DNA of 64,000 nt from an uncultured Gemmatimonadaceae bacterium (GCA_963817955.1 CAWFQK010000006.1:32001-96000); one strand, 5' to 3'. Numbered from the stretch's first letter, positions 9,567 through 19,929 are shown. Notes: generated from the sequence alone by a model not told the origin. Numbers and translations are program-made.

Positions 9567-10689
9567 CCAGGCGCCGCCGCTCGGCGAGCTCGGCGATGGC
9601 GTTGTCGCACGCATGCAGACACCGCCGCAGACCCTCGACGGTGTGATCGCCCATGTGGCCAATACGGATGGTCGTTTCGGCGAGCTGGCCGTAGCCGCCA
9701 CCCACGGTATAACCACGCGTCAGGATCTTCTCGCGCAGTTCTTTGACGGACATTCCGGCTGGCAACGAAACGGCGGTCACGGTTGGCGAGCGTGATCCTT
9801 CGGGCGCGATGATGCCGATGTCCACACCACGCCGGCGCGCGACGTCTTGGACCCAGTCAATGGTCGCGTCGCGCATGGTGAGATGGCGCTCCCACCGCCG
9901 CTCGATACCCTCGCGGCCGATGTTCCCCATCTGCGCTTCGACCGCGTACAGCAGCGAGGTCGCGGGGGTACTCGGCGTCTGGTTCTTCTGCGCGAAGGCG
10001 TCATACAACAAGACGTCGAAGTAGAATCCGCGGTTCCGTACCTTTTTCGCGCGTTCCACGTAATCCGCGGACGCCACGGCAAACGCGAGACCGGGTGGCA
10101 GCGCGAGCGCCTTCTGCGAACCGGTGAGAACGAAATCGAGCCCCCACCCATCGACGGTCAACTCCACGCCGCCGAGCGCGGAGACGCTGTCGACGATCGC
10201 GATCGCGCCATGGCGGTGGGCCACCTCGGCGACGGCAGCTACATCTGTCAGCACGCCGGTGGACGTCTCGCAATGTGCGACGGTGACCGCGACGAAATCC
10301 GTCTTGGACAGCGCGTCCTCCACGACATTCAGATCGAAGGTGCCGCCCCACGGCACAATGATTCGTTCGACGCGCCGCTCGCATGATTCGGCCACCCTGG
10401 CGAACCGCTCCGAGAAGCCGCCGTTCACCAAGGCGAGGATTGGCCCCTCGGCCGTATTGCGAATGGCCATTTCCATGAACCCGGTCGCCGAAGCCGCTCC
10501 GATGTACACGGGTCGCGCCGTGAGAAACACGTCGCGGAGTCCCGCCTCGATGCGCGCAAACATGGCCTCGAACGCTTTGCCGCGGTGTCCCATCATGGGC
10601 CGCGTCATCTGCTCGAGTATTTCCGGCCGGACCTCTGTGGGGCCCGGAATGAAGAACGTTCCGAACGGAGCGGTGGACGCGTCAGCCAT
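9556..10689 (-). CDS. Class V PLP aminotransferase (alanine-glyoxylate/serine-pyruvate family)
   Basis: FFIPGPT, HCETSTG, VDSVS, GSQKALALPPG, IRIGHMG; start set at MADAST. Confidence 0.9.
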   Translation of the reverse strand: MADASTAPFGTFFIPGPTEVRPEILEQMTRPMMGHRGKAFEAMFARIEAGLRDVFLTARPVYIGAASATGFMEMAIRNTAEGPILALVNGGFSERFARVAESCERRVERIIVPWGGTFDLNVVEDALSKTDFVAVTVAHCETSTGVLTDVAAVAEVAHRHGAIAIVDSVSALGGVELTVDGWGLDFVLTGSQKALALPPGLAFAVASADYVERAKKVRNRGFYFDVLLYDAFAQKNQTPSTPATSLLYAVEAQMGNIGREGIERRWERHLTMRDATIDWVQDVARRRGVDIGIIAPEGSRSPTVTAVSLPAGMSVKELREKILTRGYTVGGGYGQLAETTIRIGHMGDHTVEGLRRCLHACDNAIAELAERRRLVRV

Positions 10690-10794
10690 ACGTCGTAATC
10701 TAGCGGCGGCCTTCACGCTCGACACGCCGCACGATAGGGACGATACTTCCCGCGGGGCGATTGACCTTTTCCCCGTAATTCTTCGGCTCACGCG

Positions 10795-11304
10795 ATGACC
10801 GTCTCGTACGAAAACAGCAAGATCATCTTCGAGGGAATCAAGGCCGCGGGCATCAAATCCGTGTCGGCCCTTCCCGAAACCTGGCTCGGCCTTCTCCTCC
10901 AGCGCGCCGAGGACGACCCCGACGTCCAACTCGTGCAAGTCGCCAGGGAGGAGGAAGCGGTCGGCATCGCCGCCGGTGCGTACTTCGCCGGCACACCGCA
11001 TGTCCTCCTCATGCAGAACCACGGCTTCTTCGGCGCGATCAACGGCATCGTCTCGCTTGCCCAGCTCTATCACATTCCGCTGTGCATGCTGATCGCGTTC
11101 CGTGGCCACTGGGGGGAACCATACCCGTGGCACACACGTGGAGGCATCGTCACGGAAGGCCTGCTCCGCGCCCTCGACATTCCCTTCGAGTACGCGCGTG
11201 ATCCGCAGAAGGTCGCCAAGCAGATTCGCGAGGCGTGGACGTTCTCGCAGAGTTCTCTCTCTCCGGTTGCGCTCCTGCTCACCCGCGACCTGATGGAGGA
11301 CTGA
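10795..11304 (+). CDS. TPP-dependent decarboxylase alpha subunit (sulfopyruvate/phosphonopyruvate decarboxylase ComD-like)
   Basis: REEEAVGIAAGAY, LLMQNHG, RG; ~170 aa stand-alone N-terminal TPP domain. Confidence 0.82.
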   Translation: MTVSYENSKIIFEGIKAAGIKSVSALPETWLGLLLQRAEDDPDVQLVQVAREEEAVGIAAGAYFAGTPHVLLMQNHGFFGAINGIVSLAQLYHIPLCMLIAFRGHWGEPYPWHTRGGIVTEGLLRALDIPFEYARDPQKVAKQIREAWTFSQSSLSPVALLLTRDLMED

Positions 11305-11894
11305 TGGAACGCGCCGGCTGTCTCGAGATGATCTGCCCCGAGCTGCAGGACAAGCTCGTCGTCACGATCATGGGTGCGTGTGCCCAGGAGCTCTACAACC
11401 TCGGCCATCGCGACAACTACTTCTATCTCCAGCACGCAATGGGGCTCGCGTCGTCCATTGGGCTCGGGCTGGCAACGCACCTTCCCGACGAACGGGTGGT
11501 TGTGCTCGACGGTGACGGCTCGGTGCTGATGAACCTGGGAACTTTCGCTACACTCGCCCGCTACCGGCCCAAGAATTTGATACATGTGGTTTTCGACAAC
11601 GGAAGTCTCCTCTCTACCGGCGGCTTCGACTCGCAGACAACCTCCGGGGTGACTGATATCGCGGCGATCGCGCGCGGCGCGGGGATCGAGCACGTCGCGT
11701 CGGCTGCCACCACGGTCGAATTTGGCGAGGCGTTCATGGCGGCGCTCGAGCGCGAGGCACTGAGCGTGATCGTCGCCAGCGTCGCCGCCGTCGGCCCCGA
11801 GCACTACGGAATGGACCTGCAGTTGCCCGAGAACGCCTTCCGCTTCCGGCGTTGGATCCTCGACCGAAAGCGTTCGACGCGAGTGGTCTCTTGA
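11304..11894 (+). CDS. TPP-dependent decarboxylase beta subunit (ComE-like)
   Basis: MGLASSIGLGLA, DGDGSVLMN...DNG TPP-binding motif; TGATG overlap with the alpha gene. Confidence 0.85.
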   Translation: MERAGCLEMICPELQDKLVVTIMGACAQELYNLGHRDNYFYLQHAMGLASSIGLGLATHLPDERVVVLDGDGSVLMNLGTFATLARYRPKNLIHVVFDNGSLLSTGGFDSQTTSGVTDIAAIARGAGIEHVASAATTVEFGEAFMAALEREALSVIVASVAAVGPEHYGMDLQLPENAFRFRRWILDRKRSTRVVS

Positions 11895-13045
11895 CCGGCG
11901 CCATCCCCGGATACGATCTCGACGCGTGGCGGCGCCAGATCCCGCTGCTCGGATGGTGCATTCCGATGAACAATTGCTCGCAGGCGCCTCAGACAGACGC
12001 CACCCGCGCGGCCGCCGAGCGGTATCTCGAGTCGTGGAACCACATCGGGATGGACTGGGATGCCTGGATGTCCGAGGTGGCGCTCGCGAAGATCGAGTTC
12101 GCGAGGCTGATCGGCGCGTCGGCGCACGACATTGCCGTATTCAGCTCCGTATCGGAGGCGACGAGCGCGGTCGCCAGCGCGATCGACTTCGGCCGCGGAC
12201 GCGCGAAGATCGTCGTGAGCGAGGCCGAATTTCCGAGCATTGCACAGGTGTGGCTCGCACAGGAACCGCGTGGCGCGCACGTATCCTGGGCGCCGGTGCG
12301 AGAGGAGATGATCGATCCGGGCGTGTACGATACGCTGATCGACGAGCGCACCGCGGTTGTCTCGGCATGCCACGGCTACTACTTGAACGGATTCATTCAG
12401 GACACGGCGCGCATCGCCGCACGGGCGCACGAAGCCGGCGCACTCTCGTTCGTGGACGTGTATCAGACGCTGGGCACGGTGCCGGTCGATGTGCGCGCCC
12501 TTGGAATTGACTTTCTCGCCTCGGGGAATCTCAAATTCCTCATGGGCATTCCCGGGATCGCCTTCCTGTACGTGCGACCGGAGATCGTCGAATCGCTACA
12601 CCCGAGCGTGACGGGCTGGTTCGGTCGCGCCAATCCATTCGCGTTCGACGCCAAGTCACTCGACTGGTCGCCGACGGCGAGCCGGTTCGACAGCGGCACA
12701 CCGCCGGTGATCAACGCATACGTGGCGCGCGCGGGAATGGAGATGATCAATGCCATCGGGCCCGCGAAGATCCGGGCCTGGCTCGAAGTTCTTGGTCGGC
12801 GCTTGATCGAGGGCGGCCGTTCGCGAGGTCTCACGCTGCACGGTTCGGACGACATCAGTCGCAAGACCGCGACGACGGCGTTCGTCGTGGGCAATTCGCA
12901 CGCGGTGGAGTCGGCGATGCGTGCGCGCGGCGTCATCCCTTCGGCGCGCGGCAGCGTGATCCGACTGGCTCCTCATTTTTATACGATGCTTGAAGATATC
13001 GATCGCGCGTTGGATGTTCTCGCCGACGTGGAACACGCCACGTGA
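11891..13045 (+). CDS. Class V PLP enzyme (kynureninase/cysteine desulfurase-like lyase)
   Basis: EFPS, DVYQTLG, SGNLKFLMG (PLP lysine), RFDSGTP, IRLAPHFY; TTG start overlapping the previous stop. Confidence 0.82.
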   Translation: MTGAIPGYDLDAWRRQIPLLGWCIPMNNCSQAPQTDATRAAAERYLESWNHIGMDWDAWMSEVALAKIEFARLIGASAHDIAVFSSVSEATSAVASAIDFGRGRAKIVVSEAEFPSIAQVWLAQEPRGAHVSWAPVREEMIDPGVYDTLIDERTAVVSACHGYYLNGFIQDTARIAARAHEAGALSFVDVYQTLGTVPVDVRALGIDFLASGNLKFLMGIPGIAFLYVRPEIVESLHPSVTGWFGRANPFAFDAKSLDWSPTASRFDSGTPPVINAYVARAGMEMINAIGPAKIRAWLEVLGRRLIEGGRSRGLTLHGSDDISRKTATTAFVVGNSHAVESAMRARGVIPSARGSVIRLAPHFYTMLEDIDRALDVLADVEHAT

Positions 13046-14379
13046 ACGAAGCTCGAGAAACGTTCGGGTCTCGCTTCGGCGGCCTGATGACGATCGTCGG
13101 CGTATCCATCGGGCTGGGCCACGTGTGGCGCTTTCCGTACATGGTCGGGAAGTTCGGCGGCGCCGCATTCGTGCTTTTCTATACGTTGGTGTCGGTCGTC
13201 ATTGGCGTGCCGGCGTTGATGGCCGAGTTTGCGCTCGGCCGCCACACGCGTCGCGGACCGGTAGGTGCCTTCCAACTCGGCGGGTTTCCGTTCGGCCGCT
13301 ACGTCGGCTGGTTCTTCTTTTTCGTCGTCACTGCGGCCACTGGTTATTACTCGGCGGTCATTGGTTGGGTGCTCTACTACGCGGTCGGTCAAGTGGCGAC
13401 GGTCGCGCACATCCCGTTCGACGCTGCGGCCATTCTGCCGCCAGATCACGGCTTTGTGCTCAAGTCGTTCCTGCTGCAGCTCGTCTTCACGGGCATTGTG
13501 CTCCTCGCCTGCGCGCTCGTGGTGCTCAAAGGCGTGCGCAAGGGGATCGAGGTCGTGAGCATGATCGTGCTGCCGGCAATGACGATCATAACCATCCTGG
13601 TCATGATCCGGTCGCTGACACTGCCCGGCGCCATGGCTGGTGTGCGCTGGTATCTGCTCGAATTCCGTTTTGCCGATTTGACTGCCAACGTGATGGCGGC
13701 GGCCATTGGCCACGCCATCTTTGCCCTGTCGCTCGGCGGCACATTCATGGTGGTGTACGGGTCGTACCTGCACGCCGATGAGCCGCTCGCGCGTCCGGCC
13801 CTCTGGACGGTGATCGGTGACACCGGCTCATCGCTGATTGCGGGACTCGCGGTGATTCCGGCGGTGTTTGCGTTCGGTCTCGAGCCGGCATCGGGACCGG
13901 GGCTCATCTTCACCACCTTGCCGAGAGTGTTCGCGGCGATGCCGGCGGGATGGCTGTTCGGTGCGCTCTTCTTCATCAGCCTGTTCGGGGCCGGTTATCT
14001 GTCCGACATTGGCGCAGTGGAAGTGCTGGTTGCGGGGCTCACCGACAACACGCGGTTCACGCGCAAGCGCGCGGTGTGGGTGATGTCTGCGGCCTGCTTC
14101 GTCCTCGCGATTCCACCGAGCATCAACAACGCGATCTTCGTTCCCTGGGACCTGACGTTTGGCTCGGGAATGCAGACGCTCGGATCGCTGCTCGCCGTGG
14201 TCACGATTGGATGGTGCTTGCACCGCGCCGCGGCGCTGAAGGAGTTGTTCGGTGCGGGCGAGAAACCCGTGCCGATGTGGATCTTCAACTGGATCCGGTT
14301 CGGCATTCCGGTGATCATCCTCGGCGTTGGTGTGTACTGGCTGCTGACGCAGGTATTCCGCACCTTTAGCGGCGTTTGA
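13042..14379 (+). CDS. Neurotransmitter:sodium symporter (SNF/NSS) family transporter
   Basis: IGLG(H)VWRFPY, GGAAF, MAEFALG, FALSLG, GPGLIF; many hydrophobic helices. Confidence 0.9.
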   Translation: MNEARETFGSRFGGLMTIVGVSIGLGHVWRFPYMVGKFGGAAFVLFYTLVSVVIGVPALMAEFALGRHTRRGPVGAFQLGGFPFGRYVGWFFFFVVTAATGYYSAVIGWVLYYAVGQVATVAHIPFDAAAILPPDHGFVLKSFLLQLVFTGIVLLACALVVLKGVRKGIEVVSMIVLPAMTIITILVMIRSLTLPGAMAGVRWYLLEFRFADLTANVMAAAIGHAIFALSLGGTFMVVYGSYLHADEPLARPALWTVIGDTGSSLIAGLAVIPAVFAFGLEPASGPGLIFTTLPRVFAAMPAGWLFGALFFISLFGAGYLSDIGAVEVLVAGLTDNTRFTRKRAVWVMSAACFVLAIPPSINNAIFVPWDLTFGSGMQTLGSLLAVVTIGWCLHRAAALKELFGAGEKPVPMWIFNWIRFGIPVIILGVGVYWLLTQVFRTFSGV

Positions 14380-14429
14380 CACACACCGCGGTCTTCTTGC
14401 GGTCAACTCTTCACTTCAGGAATTGATCA

Positions 14430-15206
14430 ATGTCGGTTCTCGCCGATCTCGTCGCCGCTCTTGATTCGGGCGAATTGAACGTTGTGGATCTCACACAGCC
14501 GCTCGGACCCGATACGCCGGTGATCGGGTTGCCACCAATCTTTGCGTCATCGCCTGGCGTCTCGATGGACGTCATCTCACGCTACGACGCGCAGGGACCG
14601 GGGTGGTACTGGAAGACCATTCGGATGGGTGAGCATACCGGAACACACTTCGACGCTCCGGTGCACTGGATCACCGGCAAAGATCTTCCCGACAATCGGT
14701 GCGACACGATTCCGGCGCGCCGCTTCGTCGGCCCCGCCTGCGTGATCGACGTGACGGCCGAGGTTGCGAAGAATGAGGATTTCTTGCTGATGCCGGAGCA
14801 CGTGACGGCATGGGAGCAGGCACACGGCCGGATTCCTCGCGGCGCATGGGTGCTGTTGCGCACCGGCTGGAGCAAGCGAACCGACCCGTCAGAGTTCCTC
14901 AACGTGAAGGCCGACGGCCCGCACAGCCCCGGATTCCACAGGAGCACGTCCGAACTGTTGGCGAGGGACCGCGACATTCTCGGTGTGGGCGTCGAGACGG
15001 TAGGCACTGACGCCGGGCAGGCAGGCACGTTCGATCCCCCGTTCCCGAATCACACGACGATGCACGGCAACGGCAAGTTCGGGTTGGCGAGCCTGTGCAA
15101 CCTCGACCGACTCCCAGCGACCGGCGCGGTGGTGATTGCGGCACCGCTCAAGCTCGTACAGGGAAGCGGCAGTCCGCTACGTGTGCTGGCCCTTGCGCCG
15201 GTGTAG
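14430..15206 (+). CDS. Cyclase family metal-dependent hydrolase (kynurenine formamidase/isatin hydrolase-like)
   Basis: EHTGTHFDAPVH motif, LLRTGW, PG, GSGSPLRVLA. Confidence 0.9.
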   Translation: MSVLADLVAALDSGELNVVDLTQPLGPDTPVIGLPPIFASSPGVSMDVISRYDAQGPGWYWKTIRMGEHTGTHFDAPVHWITGKDLPDNRCDTIPARRFVGPACVIDVTAEVAKNEDFLLMPEHVTAWEQAHGRIPRGAWVLLRTGWSKRTDPSEFLNVKADGPHSPGFHRSTSELLARDRDILGVGVETVGTDAGQAGTFDPPFPNHTTMHGNGKFGLASLCNLDRLPATGAVVIAAPLKLVQGSGSPLRVLALAPV

Positions 15207-15343
15207 AAGGCAGAAGGCGGTTGAGGCAGCAGCCGGCGGCGCGTCGTGGCCATTCATGCGAATCTGGCCTGGCGCGCACGCCGGTACAATGCCTGAGTCT
15301 GGCCTTCAGCCGCGGTTCTGACGAACCTCCGACAGAGCGTGAC

Positions 15344-15952
15344 TCAGCGTGGTGGTGGCTTCAGGCCGGCTTTCACCGAGTCCGCTGCGGCGCGATTGCC
15401 CTTGCCCTTGTTGATGCGATGCTCGGCGCTTTCCCGTACCCACCCGGCGACGCCGCGCAGACCTCCGAATTGCTTCGACGATATCACAGCTCCGGAATTG
15501 GCGTCAACGATCACTTTCGTGTGCGTCTTCATCTTGTTGGGTATCACGTCGATTGCGTACTCCACTATGCCGTTGTCGTTGTTCATCTCACCCGATCCCA
15601 CCTGGCCTGGTACGGCACAGAGCGCGAGCGCTTTCGCGGAGTCTGGAGAGATCATTCCCGAGCCCGGCACGTAGAGATCAGTCTTGATGGCGACACGGCG
15701 GACTTCCAGTGTGTCGTAGCTGGGACAACTCGTGGCGCGATACCACTCGGGCAAGGGCGCGACGGTCGGTGACACGCTCATGGTCGTCGTGTCCATTGCG
15801 CTCATCGTGTCGGGTGTCGTGGGCGTCGCAGCCGGTAACTCCTTGTGGATTCGGATGCGCTGGCTGGACGCGGCCGGCTCCTGCGCCTGCACGCCGGCGG
15901 CGGCGACGAGGAGCACGGCGGCGGCGGCTGTGGTGATAACGGTAATTCTCAT
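15344..15952 (-). CDS. Exported PepSY-like domain protein
   Basis: Signal peptide ending AQA; ISPDSAKALAL..VPG...EM...Y...VIVDANSGAVI is a PepSY-like pattern. Confidence 0.65.
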   Translation of the reverse strand: MRITVITTAAAAVLLVAAAGVQAQEPAASSQRIRIHKELPAATPTTPDTMSAMDTTTMSVSPTVAPLPEWYRATSCPSYDTLEVRRVAIKTDLYVPGSGMISPDSAKALALCAVPGQVGSGEMNNDNGIVEYAIDVIPNKMKTHTKVIVDANSGAVISSKQFGGLRGVAGWVRESAEHRINKGKGNRAAADSVKAGLKPPPR

Positions 15953-16070
15953 TGCATGCACCTCTGCTGCGGTTGCGTGGTCGGGCTCGCCGGCGTGGCG
16001 AGCCGCGCCCGGATATAAAGGCAACCTGCGTGCACGTACGGAATCGGAGCGGCGATTCCGCGCAACGACC

Positions 16071-17612
16071 TCAGGCGCGTGCGACGCGCAGCACCTCGTC
16101 GAGTGTGGTCACACCGGCGCGCGCGGCGCGTACGCCATCGTCAAGCAACGTGCGCATGCCCTTGGCGATCGCCATGCTCCGCAGCTCTTCCGATCCGCGC
16201 CGTCGCTGTACTTCGAGCCGGAGCTCGTTGTCCATCACGAATAGCTCATACACGCCAGTGCGACCGCGGTATCCGGTGCCGCGACAGTCATCGCAGCCAG
16301 CGCCCTTCCACACACGCATCAGGCCGTACCGTTCCACATCAATGCGGCGTGCCGCCGCCTTGTCGGGTACCGTCTCCATCTTGCAGTTGGAGCAGATGAC
16401 GCGAACGAGCCGTTGCGCGAGTACGGCGTCCACCGTGCTCGCCACGAGATATGCCGCCACCTCGAGATCGAGGAGACGCGTAATGGCGGTGGGCGCATCG
16501 TTGGTGTGCAACGTTGACAGCACGAGGTGCCCCGTCAACGATGCCTGCGTGGCGACTTGCGCCGTCTCGGCGTCGCGGATTTCGCCGACGAGAATGATGT
16601 CGGGATCCTGACGGAGCAGCGCACGCAGTGCACCGGCGAAGGTCATGCCGACCTTCTCATTCACCGGCACCTGCGGCACACCAGGAAGCTCGTACTCCAC
16701 CGGGTCTTCGACCGTGAGAATTTTCTCTCTCCCCGTTCGAATCATCTCCACCGCGGCGTAGAGCGTGGTCGTCTTGCCGGATCCAGTGGGACCCGTGACG
16801 AGCACGATGCCGTGTGGACGAGACACGACTTCGGTGAACAGCTCCAGCGTATCGGGCGCCATGCCCAGCTCGAGCAGCGAGATCCGGCCGCGCTCCTTGT
16901 CGAGGAGACGTAGCACGACACTCTCGCCGTGCAATGTCGGCACGGTCGACACGCGCACGTCCACCTGCCGGTTTTGCAGACGCAGGCGAATTCGTCCATC
17001 CTGCGGCAGCCGGCGCTCGGCGATGTCGAGCTCCGCCATGATCTTGAGACGGCTGATGATCGCCGCCGTAAGGTGCGGCGGTGGCGACGGCGCCGGCTGC
17101 AGCACACCGTCCACTCGATAGCGTACGCGCAGGCCGTCCTGGTATCCCTCCAGGTGCACGTCCGATGCGCGGGCGTCGAGCGCCTCGATCAGCAGCAGGT
17201 TGACGAGCCGGACGACCGGCGCCTCGTTCGCGAGGTGCAGCAGATCGTCGAGGGGAATGGAGTCGCCGCCTCCGCCGAACGTCATCGACCCGTCGATCCC
17301 CTTCGCGTCGCCACTCATGCCGGCGATCACGCCCTCGGCGGTCGCCGCCTCCGGCGCGTACACACGACGAATGGCCGCCCGGAGATCGTGCTCCTCGAAT
17401 CGCTCGAGCACAATGGGCGCCCTGAACAGCAGGCGGAGATCGTCGAGCGCCAGCGGGTCTACGCCGTCGAGCCACGTTCCCACGGATATCGCATTGTTAC
17501 CGGCACGCAGCGGCAGCACGCCATATTGCTCGAGCCAGTCGGCGGATAGGTCGGTCGTGAGCCGCTCGACGTCGAGCAACTCGCTCGCGGAGTGCTGTTG
17601 CGCGGTTTCCAT
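16071..17612 (-). CDS. gspE: Type II secretion ATPase GspE
   Basis: ASDVH, ERRLPQDG, GPTGSGKTTT, EDPVE, RQDPD, GEIRD, TLHTN, CxxC...CxxC. Confidence 0.95.
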   Translation of the reverse strand: METAQQHSASELLDVERLTTDLSADWLEQYGVLPLRAGNNAISVGTWLDGVDPLALDDLRLLFRAPIVLERFEEHDLRAAIRRVYAPEAATAEGVIAGMSGDAKGIDGSMTFGGGGDSIPLDDLLHLANEAPVVRLVNLLLIEALDARASDVHLEGYQDGLRVRYRVDGVLQPAPSPPPHLTAAIISRLKIMAELDIAERRLPQDGRIRLRLQNRQVDVRVSTVPTLHGESVVLRLLDKERGRISLLELGMAPDTLELFTEVVSRPHGIVLVTGPTGSGKTTTLYAAVEMIRTGREKILTVEDPVEYELPGVPQVPVNEKVGMTFAGALRALLRQDPDIILVGEIRDAETAQVATQASLTGHLVLSTLHTNDAPTAITRLLDLEVAAYLVASTVDAVLAQRLVRVICSNCKMETVPDKAAARRIDVERYGLMRVWKGAGCDDCRGTGYRGRTGVYELFVMDNELRLEVQRRRGSEELRSMAIAKGMRTLLDDGVRAARAGVTTLDEVLRVARA

Positions 17613-19420
17613 CAGCGTGGCGGACGGCGCCGCATGGTGGTGAGCGAATCCGTTCGCGCCGTGTCGGGCTTGATCCGCAGGCTGTCTCGCGCGGGAACGA
17701 TGCGTGGGCCGACATCGATCTCCTTGAGCAGATCGCTCCCGTCCTTCACTGCCTCGCGCAGCTTGTCGATGTCCTCGTCACTCGAGATGATGTGCGGCGT
17801 GAGGAAGAGGAACAACTCGCTCGTGTCCTCGTTGTGCGTCGTACTACCGAATATGAGCGGTCCGATGATCGGAATTCGGCTGAGCAACGGGATGCCTGAG
17901 ATATCTGTGCTGTGCGTGTTGCCGGCCAGCCCGCCGATCACCGTCGTCTGCCCGTCACGAATGAATATCTGCGTCGTGGCTTCGCGCGTATTGATGACCG
18001 GTGCGTCGAACTGCACCTCGTTCGTTGCGCTGTTGTCGGTCTGCGACACCTGCAGGTTGACGTACCCGTCGGGATTGATCGTCGGCGTAATCGTCAGCAC
18101 GGTGCCCACGTTCACATACTGTACGGTCTGCACGCGCCCAGTGGGATCGTTCGCCACCGTCTGCGATACCTGAACGAACGGCCGCTGGGAGCCCACGTTC
18201 AACGTTGCCTGCCGATTGTTCTGTGCAATGATCACGGGAAGCGACAAGACGCGTACATTCCCGCGCTCCTGCAGCGCCGAGATCGCCACGTCATAATTGA
18301 TCGTCCCCTTGCCCCCGGTGAGCTCGAGAATGAAGTCTCGTGCGCTCGCCGGCGACGGCGCGGTGGCCGTAGCGTCAGCAGCGGTTTTCCCCTTCGGAAT
18401 GCGTTTGGCACTGCCCGATACTCCGAGGTCGAGCGCGTGCGTGCGCTCGACTTCGGCGATCGTCACCTCGATGAGCACCTGCAGGGGACGAAGATCCACG
18501 TTCTGGATGACTTGCTGCACCAGCGGCCAGTCGGTGTCGCTGGCGCGGACGAGCAAAGAATTCGTGGATTCTTCTGGAATGATGCGGATGTCAGACGCCT
18601 GGCCCGAGAGGGCACCGCTGACCTGCTGAAAGGCCGTGCTGAGCTGCGCGAGCGCGCCGGCGCCCACTCCGCCTCCACCGCCTCCGCCTCCACCGCCACC
18701 GGCATTACCCCGACCGCCACGGCCGCCAAAGGGCGTCGCAATGTTGGTGGTATTCCCTGTGATCCCCGCAGCGGCGTTGCCGGGCGGCGGCGAACTGATC
18801 GTGAACGGGCCCGTGTTGATCGTCGAGAATCCGCCGTTGGCATTGGGTATTACTGTCGTGCCGCCGAAGCGCGTGCTGTTCGAGGTGCCGCTGAACAGAT
18901 TGGTCAGCACCGGAGCAAGCTGCACCGCGCTGGCATGTTTCAGCCGATAGGTGAACAGCCGCGTCGGCTGCGGCTGGTTCGCCTGCATCAATTGCTGGGC
19001 GAACGTCTGTGCCGGCGTCTGTGTCGTGCGCGGCACGTCGGGTCCAGCGATCTGAATGAGCGACGCCGTCTGCGTCACCTTCAAACCATTCTGTTCGGCG
19101 ACGCTCTTCACCAGCTCCACCATGCCGTCTCGCGTCACCGGGCGCCCCATGTGCAGCGTGATGTGCTGAGACGGGATGTTGGACATCGAGGCATTCAGGT
19201 CACCGGCGGCAACGAGCGCGTCGAGCACCACGCGCAGTTCCTGATCCTGGAAGTCGAGCACAACGCCGGAAGGCACTTTCTTCGTCGTGTCGGCTGCCGC
19301 TTTCGGCGGCACGGCCGGAATGCGTGTGGCCCGGCTTGAGGCGCCGCCCTGCGCAATCATCGGACGCGCGAGTATTACGGCGCCCACGCTCAACAACACG
19401 GTGTATCGTGCGATAGACAT
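17612..19420 (-). CDS. gspD: Type II secretion secretin GspD
   Basis: YRLKHASA N-domain, TNSLLV, QVLIEVTIAEV, VGTVLTITPTI, GQTTVIGGL, IPLLSRIPIIG.IF, ELFLFLTPHII; start at MSIARY. Confidence 0.9.
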   Translation of the reverse strand: MSIARYTVLLSVGAVILARPMIAQGGASSRATRIPAVPPKAAADTTKKVPSGVVLDFQDQELRVVLDALVAAGDLNASMSNIPSQHITLHMGRPVTRDGMVELVKSVAEQNGLKVTQTASLIQIAGPDVPRTTQTPAQTFAQQLMQANQPQPTRLFTYRLKHASAVQLAPVLTNLFSGTSNSTRFGGTTVIPNANGGFSTINTGPFTISSPPPGNAAAGITGNTTNIATPFGGRGGRGNAGGGGGGGGGGGVGAGALAQLSTAFQQVSGALSGQASDIRIIPEESTNSLLVRASDTDWPLVQQVIQNVDLRPLQVLIEVTIAEVERTHALDLGVSGSAKRIPKGKTAADATATAPSPASARDFILELTGGKGTINYDVAISALQERGNVRVLSLPVIIAQNNRQATLNVGSQRPFVQVSQTVANDPTGRVQTVQYVNVGTVLTITPTINPDGYVNLQVSQTDNSATNEVQFDAPVINTREATTQIFIRDGQTTVIGGLAGNTHSTDISGIPLLSRIPIIGPLIFGSTTHNEDTSELFLFLTPHIISSDEDIDKLREAVKDGSDLLKEIDVGPRIVPARDSLRIKPDTARTDSLTTMRRRPPR

Positions 19421-19422
19421 TG

Positions 19423-19929
19423 TCAGATTCCTGGCTTGGGCACAACAACGTCCACACGGACGCCGCCGGTACTCACGAGCGTTACCTTGCCGCGTTCGAT
19501 TATTCGAACCGTCCACGCTCCGATCCGATCGCCGACATGCACGAGCGTCGGTTTCGCACCGCCGAGCTGCACCGTCGCGAAACTGCGACCATCGGTCGCC
19601 ACGACGGTGCCAAGTACCGCCGGCTTGTCCGGTACGACAGCAGGCGCGTCGGAGTCGGCGGTCTCGCCCGGCATTCGATAGGGCACCGACGACGCAGCGC
19701 GATCGGATGCGAAGACGTCGTGTTCTACCGCCGCGTCGACGTCCGCGACCGGTGCCGGTTGGGGCCGCACAATTGACGATAGGCTCACGAGCGTCGTCGC
19801 CGGCGTCGGTGGCAGCGGTTCCGGACGCACGGCACGAACGATCGCCCAGAGCAGGACGAGCATCGACAGCGTCAACGCCCCGAGAGCGATGCGTCCCGCC
19901 GACGTGCGACTCACAGCGCGCAGAGTCAT
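19423..19929 (-). CDS. Putative GspC-like assembly-platform protein
   Basis: N-terminal TM, Pro-rich linker, VLGTV...ATVQ...VGDRIGAWTVRII.RGKVTL (HR-domain-like); lies between gspM and gspD. Confidence 0.6.
   Translation of the reverse strand: MTLRAVSRTSAGRIALGALTLSMLVLLWAIVRAVRPEPLPPTPATTLVSLSSIVRPQPAPVADVDAAVEHDVFASDRAASSVPYRMPGETADSDAPAVVPDKPAVLGTVVATDGRSFATVQLGGAKPTLVHVGDRIGAWTVRIIERGKVTLVSTGGVRVDVVVPKPGI

Noticed and set aside
10795..11894. Coenzyme M or phosphonate biosynthesis
   Set aside because: No comA/B/C or PEP mutase nearby; context looks catabolic
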